DNA of 64,000 bases from NCBI GenBank assembly GCA_040954595.2, contig CM082589.2:11544894-11608893 (forward strand), in the 5' to 3' direction. Positions 36,766 through 49,796 of the stretch are shown here, piece after piece. The notes under the pieces are model-generated. The model did no database searches and had not been told where the DNA came from. It was given only the letters and a program-made list of their open reading frames with translations. The stretch is from Balanoglossus misakiensis. Lineage: Eukaryota > Animalia > Hemichordata. A program made the translations under genes and the position numbers. Numbering within the stretch: position 1 is the stretch's first letter; each line of letters starts with the position of its first letter.

Positions 36766-39342
36766 GGTTTCTATAGAAAAGCATTGTTGAGGTTCACAAA
36801 ACTTTGAAGAAGCTTTGCAACCCTAACTTAGGCCAAAGATTTGAATGTTAAGGTTTCACAAACGTAGTTACAGCTGAGGTTCAACTAAGACTAGTATAAG
36901 AGGCTTCAGCACGCCAAGTCTTGTAGCAAGCTTCAACACAAAGCTTTTTGCAACATTGTTCAAAGCGTTGTCAAAGGTACTGCACAACCCTGGTGAAGTT
37001 GTGCTATATTTTCAATTAAATGGCTTAAGCCATTTGTCTCTCCAACCAGAATTGCACCAGAGTTAAATACACACAGCTTGAAATTGTAAAATGTTGCAAA
37101 ATCAAACGATCACATCCTTACACCTATTATTAGAACCAGAAGTTGAGTCAAAATTTTCCTACCAAGAAATTTTCTTTCCTATGAAGTTTTTTGCTTATTG
37201 GCATTCATATGGGAGCCTAGACCTATTCCAGCTGAGTTGCCAAAATGGCAATGTTGGACAATTCTTCTAATATGCATGATCAAAAATGGCCGCCAAATAC
37301 CTTCTCTAAAATAAAACTTGGCCCTTTTTTCTCAAAATTATGTGTAATATCTAAAATTTCAGGATTTGCATCCATATTGGTTATGTATTGCAAATATGGC
37401 AGTGTTTGGCAACTTTTCTATTTTGCATAATCAAAAATGGCCGCCAATCACCACTAAAAGTGAAATTTTGCCATGTTTCCCAAAATGATGCGCAATATCG
37501 TATTTTCAGGATTAGCACATTCATATGGGTACCTTTAACAATACAACTGTGTTGCAAATTTGGCAGTGTTACCGTACTAATCATGAAGCAAGGAAGTGCA
37601 ACCTCTGTATCCCAAATATATGTCTATCCCCACTGATAGGAGTCACAAAGAGCCAGCCCCTCTGCATCATCCTGTTCCTCAATCTCACGATGGGAATCCT
37701 TTTCAGAATTCCGACCTCAAAACATCCAGAGATTCACCATCATTCACCACACCCTCGTCAGTATCCACCATGTTTAGATCCAATGCCTGAACATGTTGTC
37801 TCTTTATCTATGGATTGCGTTAAAGGCCAGTGGGAGTTTCATCTCCTTTTTTTGCAAGTTTGACCATTTTTATCTGGTGCATAATGCTAGAGTACATATC
37901 ATCCATACAGGATGATGCATGTACAGTGATGGGAAATGTATCAATCCACTCCTGCACTAGATTTGCATACAGCGCCATACCTTTTAGGGCTATTTTCTTG
38001 ACCCTTTTGATAGTCTGCTGGCCAAAAGTGGCTGGCCAAAGTGGCCAGCAGAGACATTCTTCCAATACCCTTCATAGTGCCAACAGACAAGGCTTGGATA
38101 TACAACCTGTGTTGCTTGTAAGGCACACATCTCCAATTGGTACATTGGGCCAATTATACTGTACATGTACAGCTAGGAAAAAAATATACTTCATCATAGT
38201 TTCCATGGTCAGCAGCTTCAATAACTTGTTGCCTTTTCTTACTGAACATATAGACTTATAAAGAAGTATAACAAGAATAAAGTTGTCCAATTAGTGTTGG
38301 CAGGGGGGTGGGGGATGTGTTCTCCCATACAAAGGTGTATAGGTATGTAGTCTTTAAGAAAAACTTGGGGTAAATGACCAGAAAATTTGACTTATAATAC
38401 AAATAGGTCGGGTTTTGGGCATTTACACGTGTTGATGTTATCGACTGGGGCGACAGACTACCATCCGAAAAAATTTCAAGTACCCCCCCCCCCCCTCGGG
38501 TGCCGGCCAGTGGGATGGAGGTGATAGAAACTGTTGCAGATACAATAGAGGCCTACAACCTGAAAACCTTCTGGCTTTAACCGAGGACTTGCCATTAAAG
38601 ATACCTGTAGGCCCCTATATGCTGCTCCCACATACACTCCCAGTCCTAAACCTTGCATCTGATTTGTGGTGCAGATGAAGAATTAAGATTGGCTTGACAA
38701 TTAGCACACTTAATTGCCTGTTATGAGATATAATACATACAATCATGGGACAAGAATGGCAAAAGTCAAATTATCCAGCAGGTGTTTGAATTATGCAAAT
38801 TAGAGCAGTTGTCTAATATTGCCATGTCAACCATGTTGAAATTGTTTTAGGTACCCATATTAATGGAAACCCTGCAAATTCGATATTACACACCATTTAA
38901 AACAAATATGGGAAATTAACATGTTAGAGAAATTTGGCGGCCATTTTGGATTATGCAAATTAGAACAGTTGTCTAATATTGCCATGTCAACCATGTTGAA
39001 ATTGTTTTAGGTACCCAGGAGAGTTGAATGAAAATGCCATTTGCAATGCAGTTGTCTTGTATTGGGTGCCCATATTAAGGCATTCTTGAAAACGAAACAT
39101 TATTCATCATTTTGACGCAAACAGAAAAGGTGTTCAAATGCAAATTAGAAGAGTTGCCCAACCCTGCCATATTTGCAATACAGTTGTAGTGACTGTCAAC
39201 TCGACTACAGACAGTCTCGATGAACACAAGACATGATCCCAATTTGCAAGCTGAGTTGAAACTGACTGCTGCAGTTACTTAGCTGTGGGAATGTCTTGTG
39301 TGATTTAAAACAATGATGACCAAATTTAACACAGTTTCTCTG

Positions 39343-40990
39343 AGGTAACCATTTAGCTTTCGTGACTAAGTTTGTTTAAGAATCCTTTATTCTACCCAAG
39401 GAACAAATTTCCTTAGAATTTCACAGCTGAGACACAGTTTACAGATATACAAAAAGTGCGTACTACAAACATAAGAAATTGTTTGCATTTTTTTTCTGAT
39501 GGCAATGCATTTGACTGTAAACAGACATTGACGTCCTTTAGTAAGGGACTGTTCAGTTTTGGTGGAGGGGGGGGGGGGCAAAAGTTTGTGTCATTGGTTT
39601 TCAAAATCAGGCCGACACCCCCTTCAACCAGGACCAAATAAATGATGACCCCCCCCCCCCTTTGACAGGACCAAAATATGATGACCCTCCTCCCACCCTG
39701 AAAACATTCGCCATCCTTATCTTATGTACACTGACTGTATGCAATAAAGGTAAAGGGTCTCCTCACACCTCAATTCTAAATTTCTTAAAGAAATTTATAA
39801 TTTGAAGTGTATAATAGTATAGCGTTGCAATAAAGAAGTCTATGGATAAATTAAAAGGACACGTCAATACAATAGTTGGTAGAATTGGTAAAACAAGAAA
39901 AGTGGAAGGGGTGGGTGTACGTAGGACAATTTTGTAAAATACAATTAATGCATTTTAATGAACTCATAGGCAAATTAACTTAATGTTGGGGAGGACAAAT
40001 TTGACTTTTGCCACTCAAAGTTAACATCAGTGGGGGTGGGATGGCAAGTATTCTGCCCTGGTACACTATATGTGGCGAAGAAATAAGGGGATGGGTGTGG
40101 GAGGGGATGTCCCCCTTCCACATAAGAAAACTTTGTAAAATATGTAGCTCAAAGTTGCATTTTAATGAAGTCAAAAGCAAATTATCTCAATGTTTGAAAG
40201 GACCAATTTTACTGTTGCCACTCCACTCAAAGTTAGCATTGGTGGGTACATGTATATGACCTCCCCCCTAAACGTTTGAAAAAAAGATGACTCCCTCTTT
40301 TGGATTTCAAAATTTAAGTGACCCCCTGGATTTTGCCAGCCTCCCCCAACCGTAAAAACTGAATGGTCCCTAAGCGCTATTTTGTCAGTGAAATGGCTCC
40401 ATTATTATCCCTCCAACCATAGTTGAAACGGAGTTAAATATGTACAGCTTGAAATCATAAAATGTTGCAAAATTGAACCAAGAGTTTGGTCAATGATCAA
40501 GTTCTTACAGCTATTACTAGAACCATACAGTCTCAGCGAACAAGAGACATTGGTCCGATTTGCAAGCCGAGTTGGAACTGACTTTGCCTGCACACAGATG
40601 TGCCAATTTCAGCGAATCTTATCGTATTTAAAAATGAATATGGAGAATTGTTATCTGTGTTCCTATTGCTAGCCTACATACATGTAGCTGTTGTCATTCT
40701 AGTGTTTTTTTTTCTGTATACCAAAATTGTCTGGACGATGAGCATGCAGAATTTTTCTGATGCTTCTTACTGGCAGAAGGACCACCAGTTGCAGATTTTC
40801 ATTTCTACGGCACAAGGGAATTTTATACTTTGCGTGCAAATATAAATCCTGTTAAATTCTATATATTCTTTATTGGGGATTCAAAAGTATAATAATAATT
40901 GATAGTGTTAGTACCTCTATTCCAAAAAAGCATGCTGTGAGTGTGCGTGTGATTGTGATCAATATCGTAGTTTCAAAATTTGCAGTGTGC
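39343..40990. repeat. Third copy of the segment at 58830-59700 (direct) and about 48020-48875 (inverted), split by the Harbinger MITE
   Basis: AGGTAACCATTTAG...GACTAAGTTTGTTTAAGAAT and CCTCCAACCA.AGTTGAAAC shared among the three sites. Confidence 0.85.
39545..40370. mobile_element. PIF/Harbinger (Tourist-like) non-autonomous element
   Basis: TAA-GGGACTGTTCAGTTTT ... AAAACTGAATGGTCCC-TAA; flanks are contiguous in the paralogous copy at about 59030. Confidence 0.85.
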
Positions 40991-41699
40991 CAGTTCAACA
41001 CATAGCATAACAATGGTAAAGCACATGTGTGAATTTCGTGAAATTGGGGAGTGTATCTTACACGGCCATGGCTATCACATTTGCACATGATGGCTTACAT
41101 TAAAATGTGTTGTCTATCACGGTTATTTAAATAACATAAAACATCTGATATCTACAGAAACAGTACTATTATAGTGGAAAACATGACAAAAATATTCAAG
41201 TAGTATATCACTCACATTTTGTGTTATGAAGACATGGCCAAACTGTTTGGGATACTTTTATCAAATGTTATGTGATACTATATCAGCCTGTTTTGGGGAT
41301 CTTGACAATGACATATATTAGACTTTTCATACACAGCATGAGGTAGAATTTTAGAAACGATTAGGTAATAAGACTGCATATCTCATAGGAAATAATCACT
41401 TTAGAAGTATTACGATAAAAAAAATCATTTCACTCTTATTGGGAGCATACATTTGTAAAACATACATACAGACATGAATACAGACATAGAGAGATCAAGG
41501 TGTATACGATTTTCAGTGGGGGAGGGGGTCCTCCTTAATTGCAAACTACTATGTAATGGTAATTTCTCTTTTATAATAACAATTTTTGAGGTATACGGAA
41601 AAAATATCTAACAAAATAAACAAAAAAACTAATTCAGCTATGATTTGATTCAATTATCATTCTAAAGAAGCACATATCATTAACTCACAACTAAACTTT

Positions 41700-43190
41700 T
41701 AAAGTGATCAACCATGCACTTTCTGAGAATTTTTTTTATGCCCCCAAAATACAATTTTTTCATTTTCAGAACATTTATGATATATCACAGTAAAAAAATC
41801 CCCTGGAAACTGCAAAACAAAAAATTGCAAAGCAATCAAACAAAAATGGCAAAAATTGTCCACAAAAACTATATTGACACTTCCATCATAGGATTTGTTA
41901 AAATGTCGTGATAACACACCTAGGAACCTGCAAACCAAATTTCAAAGAACTGTGAGTAGAGGTTTTTGAGTATTTGACCAAAATCACCCCAAAAATATAC
42001 TTCAAACCAGATATTAACTGAATATGCTCACGTGCAGTACTGTGATTGGTTGACAGAATAACAAGATTAGAAAAACCAGTGTTAAACCAATTTGGTTTAT
42101 AGTGTATATGGTGTAAGGGTTGTGTGTTGCACCATTGTGAAATGTAAACATGTTTGTGGAATTGTTGCCTTGTCAATTTTTGTAAGGGGTTATGAGTCAT
42201 GTACCCCATCCTGAACTGCATAAAAAGATAAGTCTATGGAATTCTAAAACTCGTTGATCAAAAATGGCAAGAAATATACCAAAAAGTATGAATATTTCAC
42301 CAGATTTCAACAAATCTGATTTCTGTTCATGCCTAAGAACCTCTTTAACAAGTTTCAATAAGGAAGACATTTTGGCAAACAACAGGTAATTCAGACAAAT
42401 CTGACTGATATCACATATATGAATTCCCATTCAAAGTTTCCAATCAATTGGACTTGTGGTTTTACTGAAGACTATTTGGCCAAACCCTGCAGAATTCCCA
42501 AAAAATACAGTTAGGCAAATTTCTTTACAATTTGATCATATCTGACTGAGATCACCCCTAGAAACCCAAATACAAAGTATCAAAACAATTGCACTTACAG
42601 TTTCACAGGATTTGATTTTTTGACAAAAACAGGAAATATTGCCCAAAAATGCATTTTTGCAAATTTCACCACCGTTTGCACAAATGTGATTCAGGTAAGC
42701 CCTATGAACCTCCATACCAAGTTTCCAATCAATTGGACATGTAATTTCAGAGAAGAAATTTTTTTAACAAAACTACAGAAAATTCTCCCAAAAATTCATA
42801 AAAAATAGCAAACGCCAGATACTGACTCCACCTGAACAAAATCATACGAGGTCTTCCCATAGTACTTGCACACCAATGCACGCCAATTTTTAACTGAATC
42901 TGATCCGCTGTTATTAAGTTTTTCAATTTTGACTATTTGAACATTTTTCGAGTTATTAATACCAGTATGCATTTTTTCGCAATAACAATTTCTATGTACA
43001 CACTAAATATCAGTAGTTTCAAGTTTTTGATGTTGATGGACATACACATACATACATCAATACATTTAGACGAAACTGATCCATTCGCAAAATACATAAT
43101 TCTGTATGAGGCACACATACAGACATACATAGACGACGGACACCAACTTATGCTATAAGCTGACATTGATATACATGTTAGCCAAAAACC
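41700..43190. mobile_element. Helentron-associated-like non-autonomous repeat(s) with internal tandem subunits
   Basis: Recurring CATACCAAGTTTCCAATCAATTGGAC-type subunits, ACAT/ACAG microsatellite and terminal TATAAGCT. Related pieces at 22080-22420, 44140-44360, 46990-47890, 53210-53560 and 60260-61190. Classification is inferred. Confidence 0.45.
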
Positions 43191-44361
43191 AAAATCAACC
43201 TCAAAATAGACATTAAAATATATTGCACCACCATGAGAAGACAAATTCATTCTTCGACAAATTTTCTGGGGCGTCATTGATATAGCATGGCATATTGTCA
43301 AAGTACGTAGTCTCTGCGATAAGATTCCATACACACAAAATGGTAATCTTGGAAGTCCAGCTGACGTAGTTATGCAATGGCGTCTCGTGTATTCCGTCGC
43401 CAAAAAATCATCGTAAAATTGATAGTCGGGGTCACAATTCAAGACGACTTTCTCTAAATTCTTTATGAATGGATTAAATCGAAATCGAAATGTTGACGTA
43501 TGACGTACGGAATGAGATCTGAACAGACATTCAATGTTATCATTCTCGCTCGATCACATATTGGGTAAGCCATCTAGCAATCGCTATATAGTATTGGCGA
43601 TAACAGACTGTCTATAAACTCACAAAACGGATTTAACTGTTGAGTGTGATCAACCGCCACGTTGTTTTTCTCTGAACAATAGACAAATAGAAAGCCTGGT
43701 GACATTTTGAGATTGACTGCGTGAGGACCACAATATGCGTGAATCATTTACGGTTTGTCTTGATGAATGGGTCACGTCATAGTCATAACGCGGATTCGGC
43801 TGCACGCCAACTATCCGCCATATTGTCTCCACTAACTTACTCGTAAGTAGTTTCAAACTTCATTTGAAAAGAGTATTCGTCTGACGGTCCTGTAGATTAA
43901 CAATTTACGCTCTATGAAGCAACTAAACAACGTTAGCTTCCTTTTGGATTCACGTAGGGAAGTTATTCGTAACGACGGGTACATCGTCTGAGCATGGACA
44001 GAACAACGGCAATATCGCCAGGAATGTCTCATTTCACAGCGCCCTCAAACAGTCGATCTCCTCAAACTATCGTTTCCACTGGTCATATATGCGACATTAA
44101 CGAAAGCTCACATAGACAACCATGTAATAGAAAAATTAAAACTTAAATAACTTCATTAATATCAAAGCCACACCCACCAAAACCTTTTCAGTTCTTGCCA
44201 TATGATATCTGAACCTGTGTACTAAATTTGGTTGAAATCGGTTCAGCGGTTCTTGAGATATCGGGTATACAGACAGACACACACACACACATACATACAT
44301 ACACACACACACACAGACATCGCTAAACCATAAGCTCACGTGATTTTCACGTGAGCTAAAA

Positions 44362-47300
44362 ATGAAAAAAAATCCATGAGGTCTCAAAATGAATACACAC
44401 CAATTTCTAAAGCAATTTGACCAGTTTCCACCAATTTCACATTGGTCCCAGTGGTAGATAGACATATACGAAATGGGAACCAAAGAATAAAACACATTTC
44501 AAAGATTTAACACATCTTTTTCCTCAAGAGTGTTTTTCAAATCTTCTCCACATCCTTCAAAATCGCCACCATAAAGCCATATTACTTGTAGTGCTTATGT
44601 TTGTCATATCTAGGTGATGCATAACACCAGAGATGTGTACCCTTTGTATAGAGGCAGATTAAACAGGTGTGGTACCTGTTAAATATCTGACTTCTTTAAA
44701 TTACAGCCACAATCGTCTGTCAACAAGATGTTCATGTAGATGTATACCTAGCAGTAAGCTTATTTAGATTGACAAATCTTAGATGAAAATAATGAAAAAG
44801 TGGCACAACCCTTAGGGCTTTAACTAGCAGCTTTATGCCAGATGAGTTCGAGTCTAACGATGTAATGTTGACATTAAGGTTTCATTGAAATAACTTGGGA
44901 ACCTCTCTACTATTTGAAGCACCAAAGCTGTGAAAAACTTCCTTCTTTCCCTGAGTTTTTTATGAATATGTTCTAATCTGGGACAAAAATTTGTTGCCAA
45001 GTGTCTTGACCCCTTTACCAAATGTCAGGGACCGGATTTTTTTCAGCAAAATTTCAAATAACCTTGGCTGATTTTTTACCTACTTTCACATATTGGGTAG
45101 CATGAAACAAAGTATGGCTTCCAGAAGGGTTATAGATACAGTGTTTTGTAATAACAAGAATTAACATGAAACTATAATTTCATGGTTATTTAGGACCGCC
45201 TTAATCTATGGTAACGTCATTAAATATTTGCATATCTAATTGTAGGCTATCCAGTGGAGGGAGAAACCTAAACATGGACAACATTGGGGTCAAAATTGTT
45301 TGACAGAACTTTGGGTGACTTTGGGTAAACCTTGACCAACATTACTATATCTTGGCATCCAGAGCAGATGCAACCTTGACACTTGGAGTGATGGAAATGC
45401 ATAATGGAGTATTATGTCTCAGCTAGTCACAGTGCTTTTGCTGTGTTTTATGTCTTTTATTTAGCCACATGAGATGTTTTTTATTACACATTGGCTGTGT
45501 TTGCCAGTACTTTTTAGCTGGTCACACTGCCTTAAGACAATGTATTCTCAAAATACCATGCAATCATTATGAAGCATATACAGCAGACAAAGTTATGGTA
45601 TGACTGAACTTGCCCTTCTTTGTGACTAAAGCATGACCGGCCTGTCTTAGGTGGCCCCTACCTAGGGGCTTTACCCGTCATTGGCTCACAGTCTGAGAAA
45701 TCAGCTCTGCAGGGCAGTTAACGATGTAACCCACCATTAAAGCTTGGATTTCCGCTTTTTGTATCTGATGCCTGGCTGAGGCCTTCTTAGGATCTACCCA
45801 ACGCTGAGTAGGCTATCCCGTCATTGGCACACAGTCTCAGGGAGGGAGTCAAAAGTTCAGTATACCAGCAAAGCCTTTATATTGTCCATTCTTTTTAAGA
45901 GAAGGCTGGCTGCTGTAGAAAAATGTTGATCTCAAATTTATCATGTCCAAAAAAGGCAGACTTCCAGCCCTATTGGTTAGGCTGGCATTAGGTATGTACA
46001 TAATTAATGAGGCAAGACATAATATTCCATTACATAGTTCCATCACTCCAAGTGTCAAGGATGTATCTGTGCCGGATGCCAAGATATAGGAATGTAGGTC
46101 AAAGTTTACCCAAGATCACCCAAAAGTTTGTCAAAAGATTTTGACCCCAGAGTTGTCCATGTCCAGGTTACCACATCCACTAGAATAACATATGCACATA
46201 TTTAATGAGGTTACCATAGCTCAAGGGGGTCTTTAATTAACCATCAACATTTAGTTTCATATTAATGCATGTTAATATAATACACTGTATCTATAACCCT
46301 ACTGGTAAGCCTAGAATTAGGTACATGCGAAAGTTTTTGACAAGATAGATAAGTTGTAAAATATGTACATGAACCTGACAATTGACTTAAAATAACATAA
46401 GGCAGACTTGATACTTATCGGAGATAGATACTAATAACAACAGACTAGTGATGTTAATTACACCGGGAATGTTTGTCTTATTATAGCTACATGTAAAAGA
46501 CTGCTTGAGGTAATGTAATTAAAGTGACCACTTGCGATTCACCTTCAAAGTGCTATGCAAGTCTATGGTACATTGTTTTTCCAATGATTGGACAAAGGAT
46601 ATTCATAATGTGTAATTAAGGCTGGATAGCATTTTCAATGTAATAAGCCCTGCCTTCACTATAATCTTACGCCAAATCAACATTGTTCAGTTTATGTTAA
46701 TAACTTCACTAAGGGACACTTGTTACATCAAATTTCCCAGCAAGGGGTGTCAGATTATTGGGCAAGTGGCATGCATGACACTAGACGATACTTTTGGAAG
46801 CAAAGCGGACAGAACACGGCTGGATATAGACTAGGTAATCGAATGTGACCATGAACTGTACCACAGACTCTGTATTGTATGTTTCTGAAGAATCCCATTT
46901 AACCCAGACATCAACATACTTCAACCTTGTAAGAAGTAGAACATACATGATTTACTAGTAAATATTTGCTAGGTTATTACACACTTTGGATTACACAAAA
47001 ATAGGTGTGTACACCGCTGTGACATTGCCAAGCAGATATGACCTACCAGGTAACCTAATACAATTTCACAGGAATCGGAGTATTTTCAGTGAAAACAACA
47101 TTTCTTCAACAATGACAAAAACTGCCTCAACCACAAAAATTCAGATATCAACAAATCCAACAATATCTCACTTCAATCACCACAAGGAACATGCCTACCA
47201 AAATTGAAAGCAATCTGACATGCGGTTTCAAAGAATACAAATTGCAAAAATTGCCTCAAGACCACAAATATGCAAATTTCACCAAAATGATATACAACAT

Positions 47301-49796
47301 TACTTGGGTTACCTCATGGAACAAGCAAACCAAAATTTAAATGCAACCTGACCTGACATGGAGTTTCAGAGAAAATGATTTTTGACCAAAAATGACAAAA
47401 TTATATTTCCCAAAAATTACAAATTTTGCCACAATTTAAACAATACTAACAAAGATTACCTATAGGAAATAGCATACTAAATTCTAGATACAATTCACGA
47501 TATTAGCTGAAAGTATATCAGGCGTGACATAAGCTACATGCATACAAATGTTCAAAGCAATCTGACCAGTTGTTGAGTTTCTGAGTTTTGATCAATTTCA
47601 CATTGCTCCAGGTAATTAGCATATTTCATTTGAACAGGCGTGCCTGCATCTAAAAACCCAATATCAAGACTTACCACACAGACTCTGTATTGTATGTTTC
47701 TGGAGTAATCAAATAAAACCTATCATGAAAATACTTCAACCTTCTTAATATGAACAAAATCCTATTTACAGGCTGGCCTGCATCTACACACCAAACATCA
47801 AGGGGATACGCGAAGGGGTTTTCAAGTTTTTGATGTGGACAGACATACATACATCCATACATACTACATACACACATACAGAGGCAACTGACTGGTCAGA
47901 AGGCATGAGTAAAAATGCAGGAAATCAATGTTGTGACACTGGTAGTAGGCCTTAATGTATACAATATCAAGACAGTTTATTTAACATGAAGTTTGATATG
48001 TTCATAATCATTCAGAGCTAAGCATATTTTGAAATTGTAAAATTAATATCAATCACATGAAAACTGACAGCATGCTTTCATTTGGAAATTTAGGTATTGT
48101 AATTAACACTAACAGTCATGAAACTATTGAATCGTCAATAAAATCATACAGTAGAAATTAATGGGTTTTCTATTTATATGCGATGTGAAAATGCAACTTG
48201 TGGTCCTTCGGCCAGTAAGAGGCATCAGATAATATTGTAAGACCCAGTTGCCAAATTGATTAGACCTACATGTATGCGCTATGTGAAGCGCAAGTTATGG
48301 CAACTGAATTCACAGGACACTGAAGAAAGTGGAATCACTCAAGGTACATATGTATACATGTAGGCTAACAATCACAACACAGAGAATAGTTCTCCATATT
48401 CATTTTTAATACGATAAGATTCACTGAATTGGCGCATCTATGGGCAGGCAAGGTTAGTTCCAACTCAGTTTGCAAATCAGGCCCATGTATCTTGTTCCCT
48501 GAGACTGTCTGCTTCTAATAATAGCTGTAAGAACATAATCGTTGACCGAACGGTTGGTTCAATTTTGCAACATTTTATGATTTCAAGCTGTGCAATATTT
48601 GCAACTCAGTTTCAACTTTGGTTGGAGGGATGATGATGAAGCAATTTCACTGACAAAATAACACTACTAACTGACGTCAATATTTGTTCAAAGTTAAATG
48701 CATTGCCATCAGAAAAATGTATACGAAAAGTTTCGTATGTGAATAATAACACTTTTTCGCATAACTGCAAACCCTGTCACAGTTGTGAAATTCTAAGAAA
48801 ATTCATTCATTAGGTAGAATTCGTGCTTTATGAATTCTTAAACAAACTTAGTCATGAAACCTAAATGGTTACCTTACACATGTGGAGGCTCGACTTCTGT
48901 GATATGATAGTCTTCAATTAATGTGTATGTGATTCCATACAAATCCATATGATTACCTGAACGTACAAAATAAATTAAAAATAAATACATAAATTAAAAA
49001 TAAATAAGTATCTCATACATATGCATAAGTGCTTGTGAGAAATATATCATATATCTAAATAAACCTGTCATTTATTGACCTCATTTTCCCAGTAAACCAA
49101 AGGACTAAATTGCACTTTAATATTACAGCTTCATTTCAATGCAACAGGTACACTACATCATAAGGGAACAAATATGCCAGCTCAACATTTATATAAACAG
49201 TGTCAAAATATAAGTGGCTACAAAAGCTTGTGTCCCTTCAATCCATCCTCCCACTCAGGTCAAACGTGTTACATATTAAAATTGCAATGTACATACAATA
49301 CAATTAGTCTTTTGTAAATTCAGACTGAGAAAATATGACTGATAAACATTATCTGGCACATGTTGGTGAATGGCTGGCGTTGATGTTGTTGGTTGAAATC
49401 CGAACTATGATTATCGCGGGTACAAATCACATTTATTTTCTCAGAGACAACACGTTTGCAACTTCGGGACAGAAAGGTGAAAACGAACGTCATTAGTTCT
49501 TGGGAAAAAACTCTGAAATCAATTTCGGTGAGGTCAAATGTGTTCCAAAGGCAAACCGTTTCTGGTAAACAAATCAATGGCAAATAGTTACTTCGGCGAC
49601 TTACCAATCAATCAACATGGCTGCCAAATCGTTCGATATCCCGGTTTCATCTCGCGATCATTCTATCTTCCGATATGGCGTTGCTTGGTTAAATTCGTCT
49701 CTTCTTTGCCGACATAGTCGGGCGACAACGGTCCAGAAGCATATACAGCGACGCCATCTTGTTTACAATGTGAAGTATCAACTGCGCATGCTCAAT
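44362..49796. repeat. Left arm of a large inverted duplication
   Basis: Colinear reverse-complement match to 58126-63830, checked at many anchors; 41860-42005 additionally matches 63835-63975. Confidence 0.9.

Noticed and set aside
42933-43856. Minus-strand ORFs of 169 aa and 68 aa
   Set aside because: The longer one runs into repeat and microsatellite DNA; no identifiable motifs, although a decayed gene cannot be excluded.
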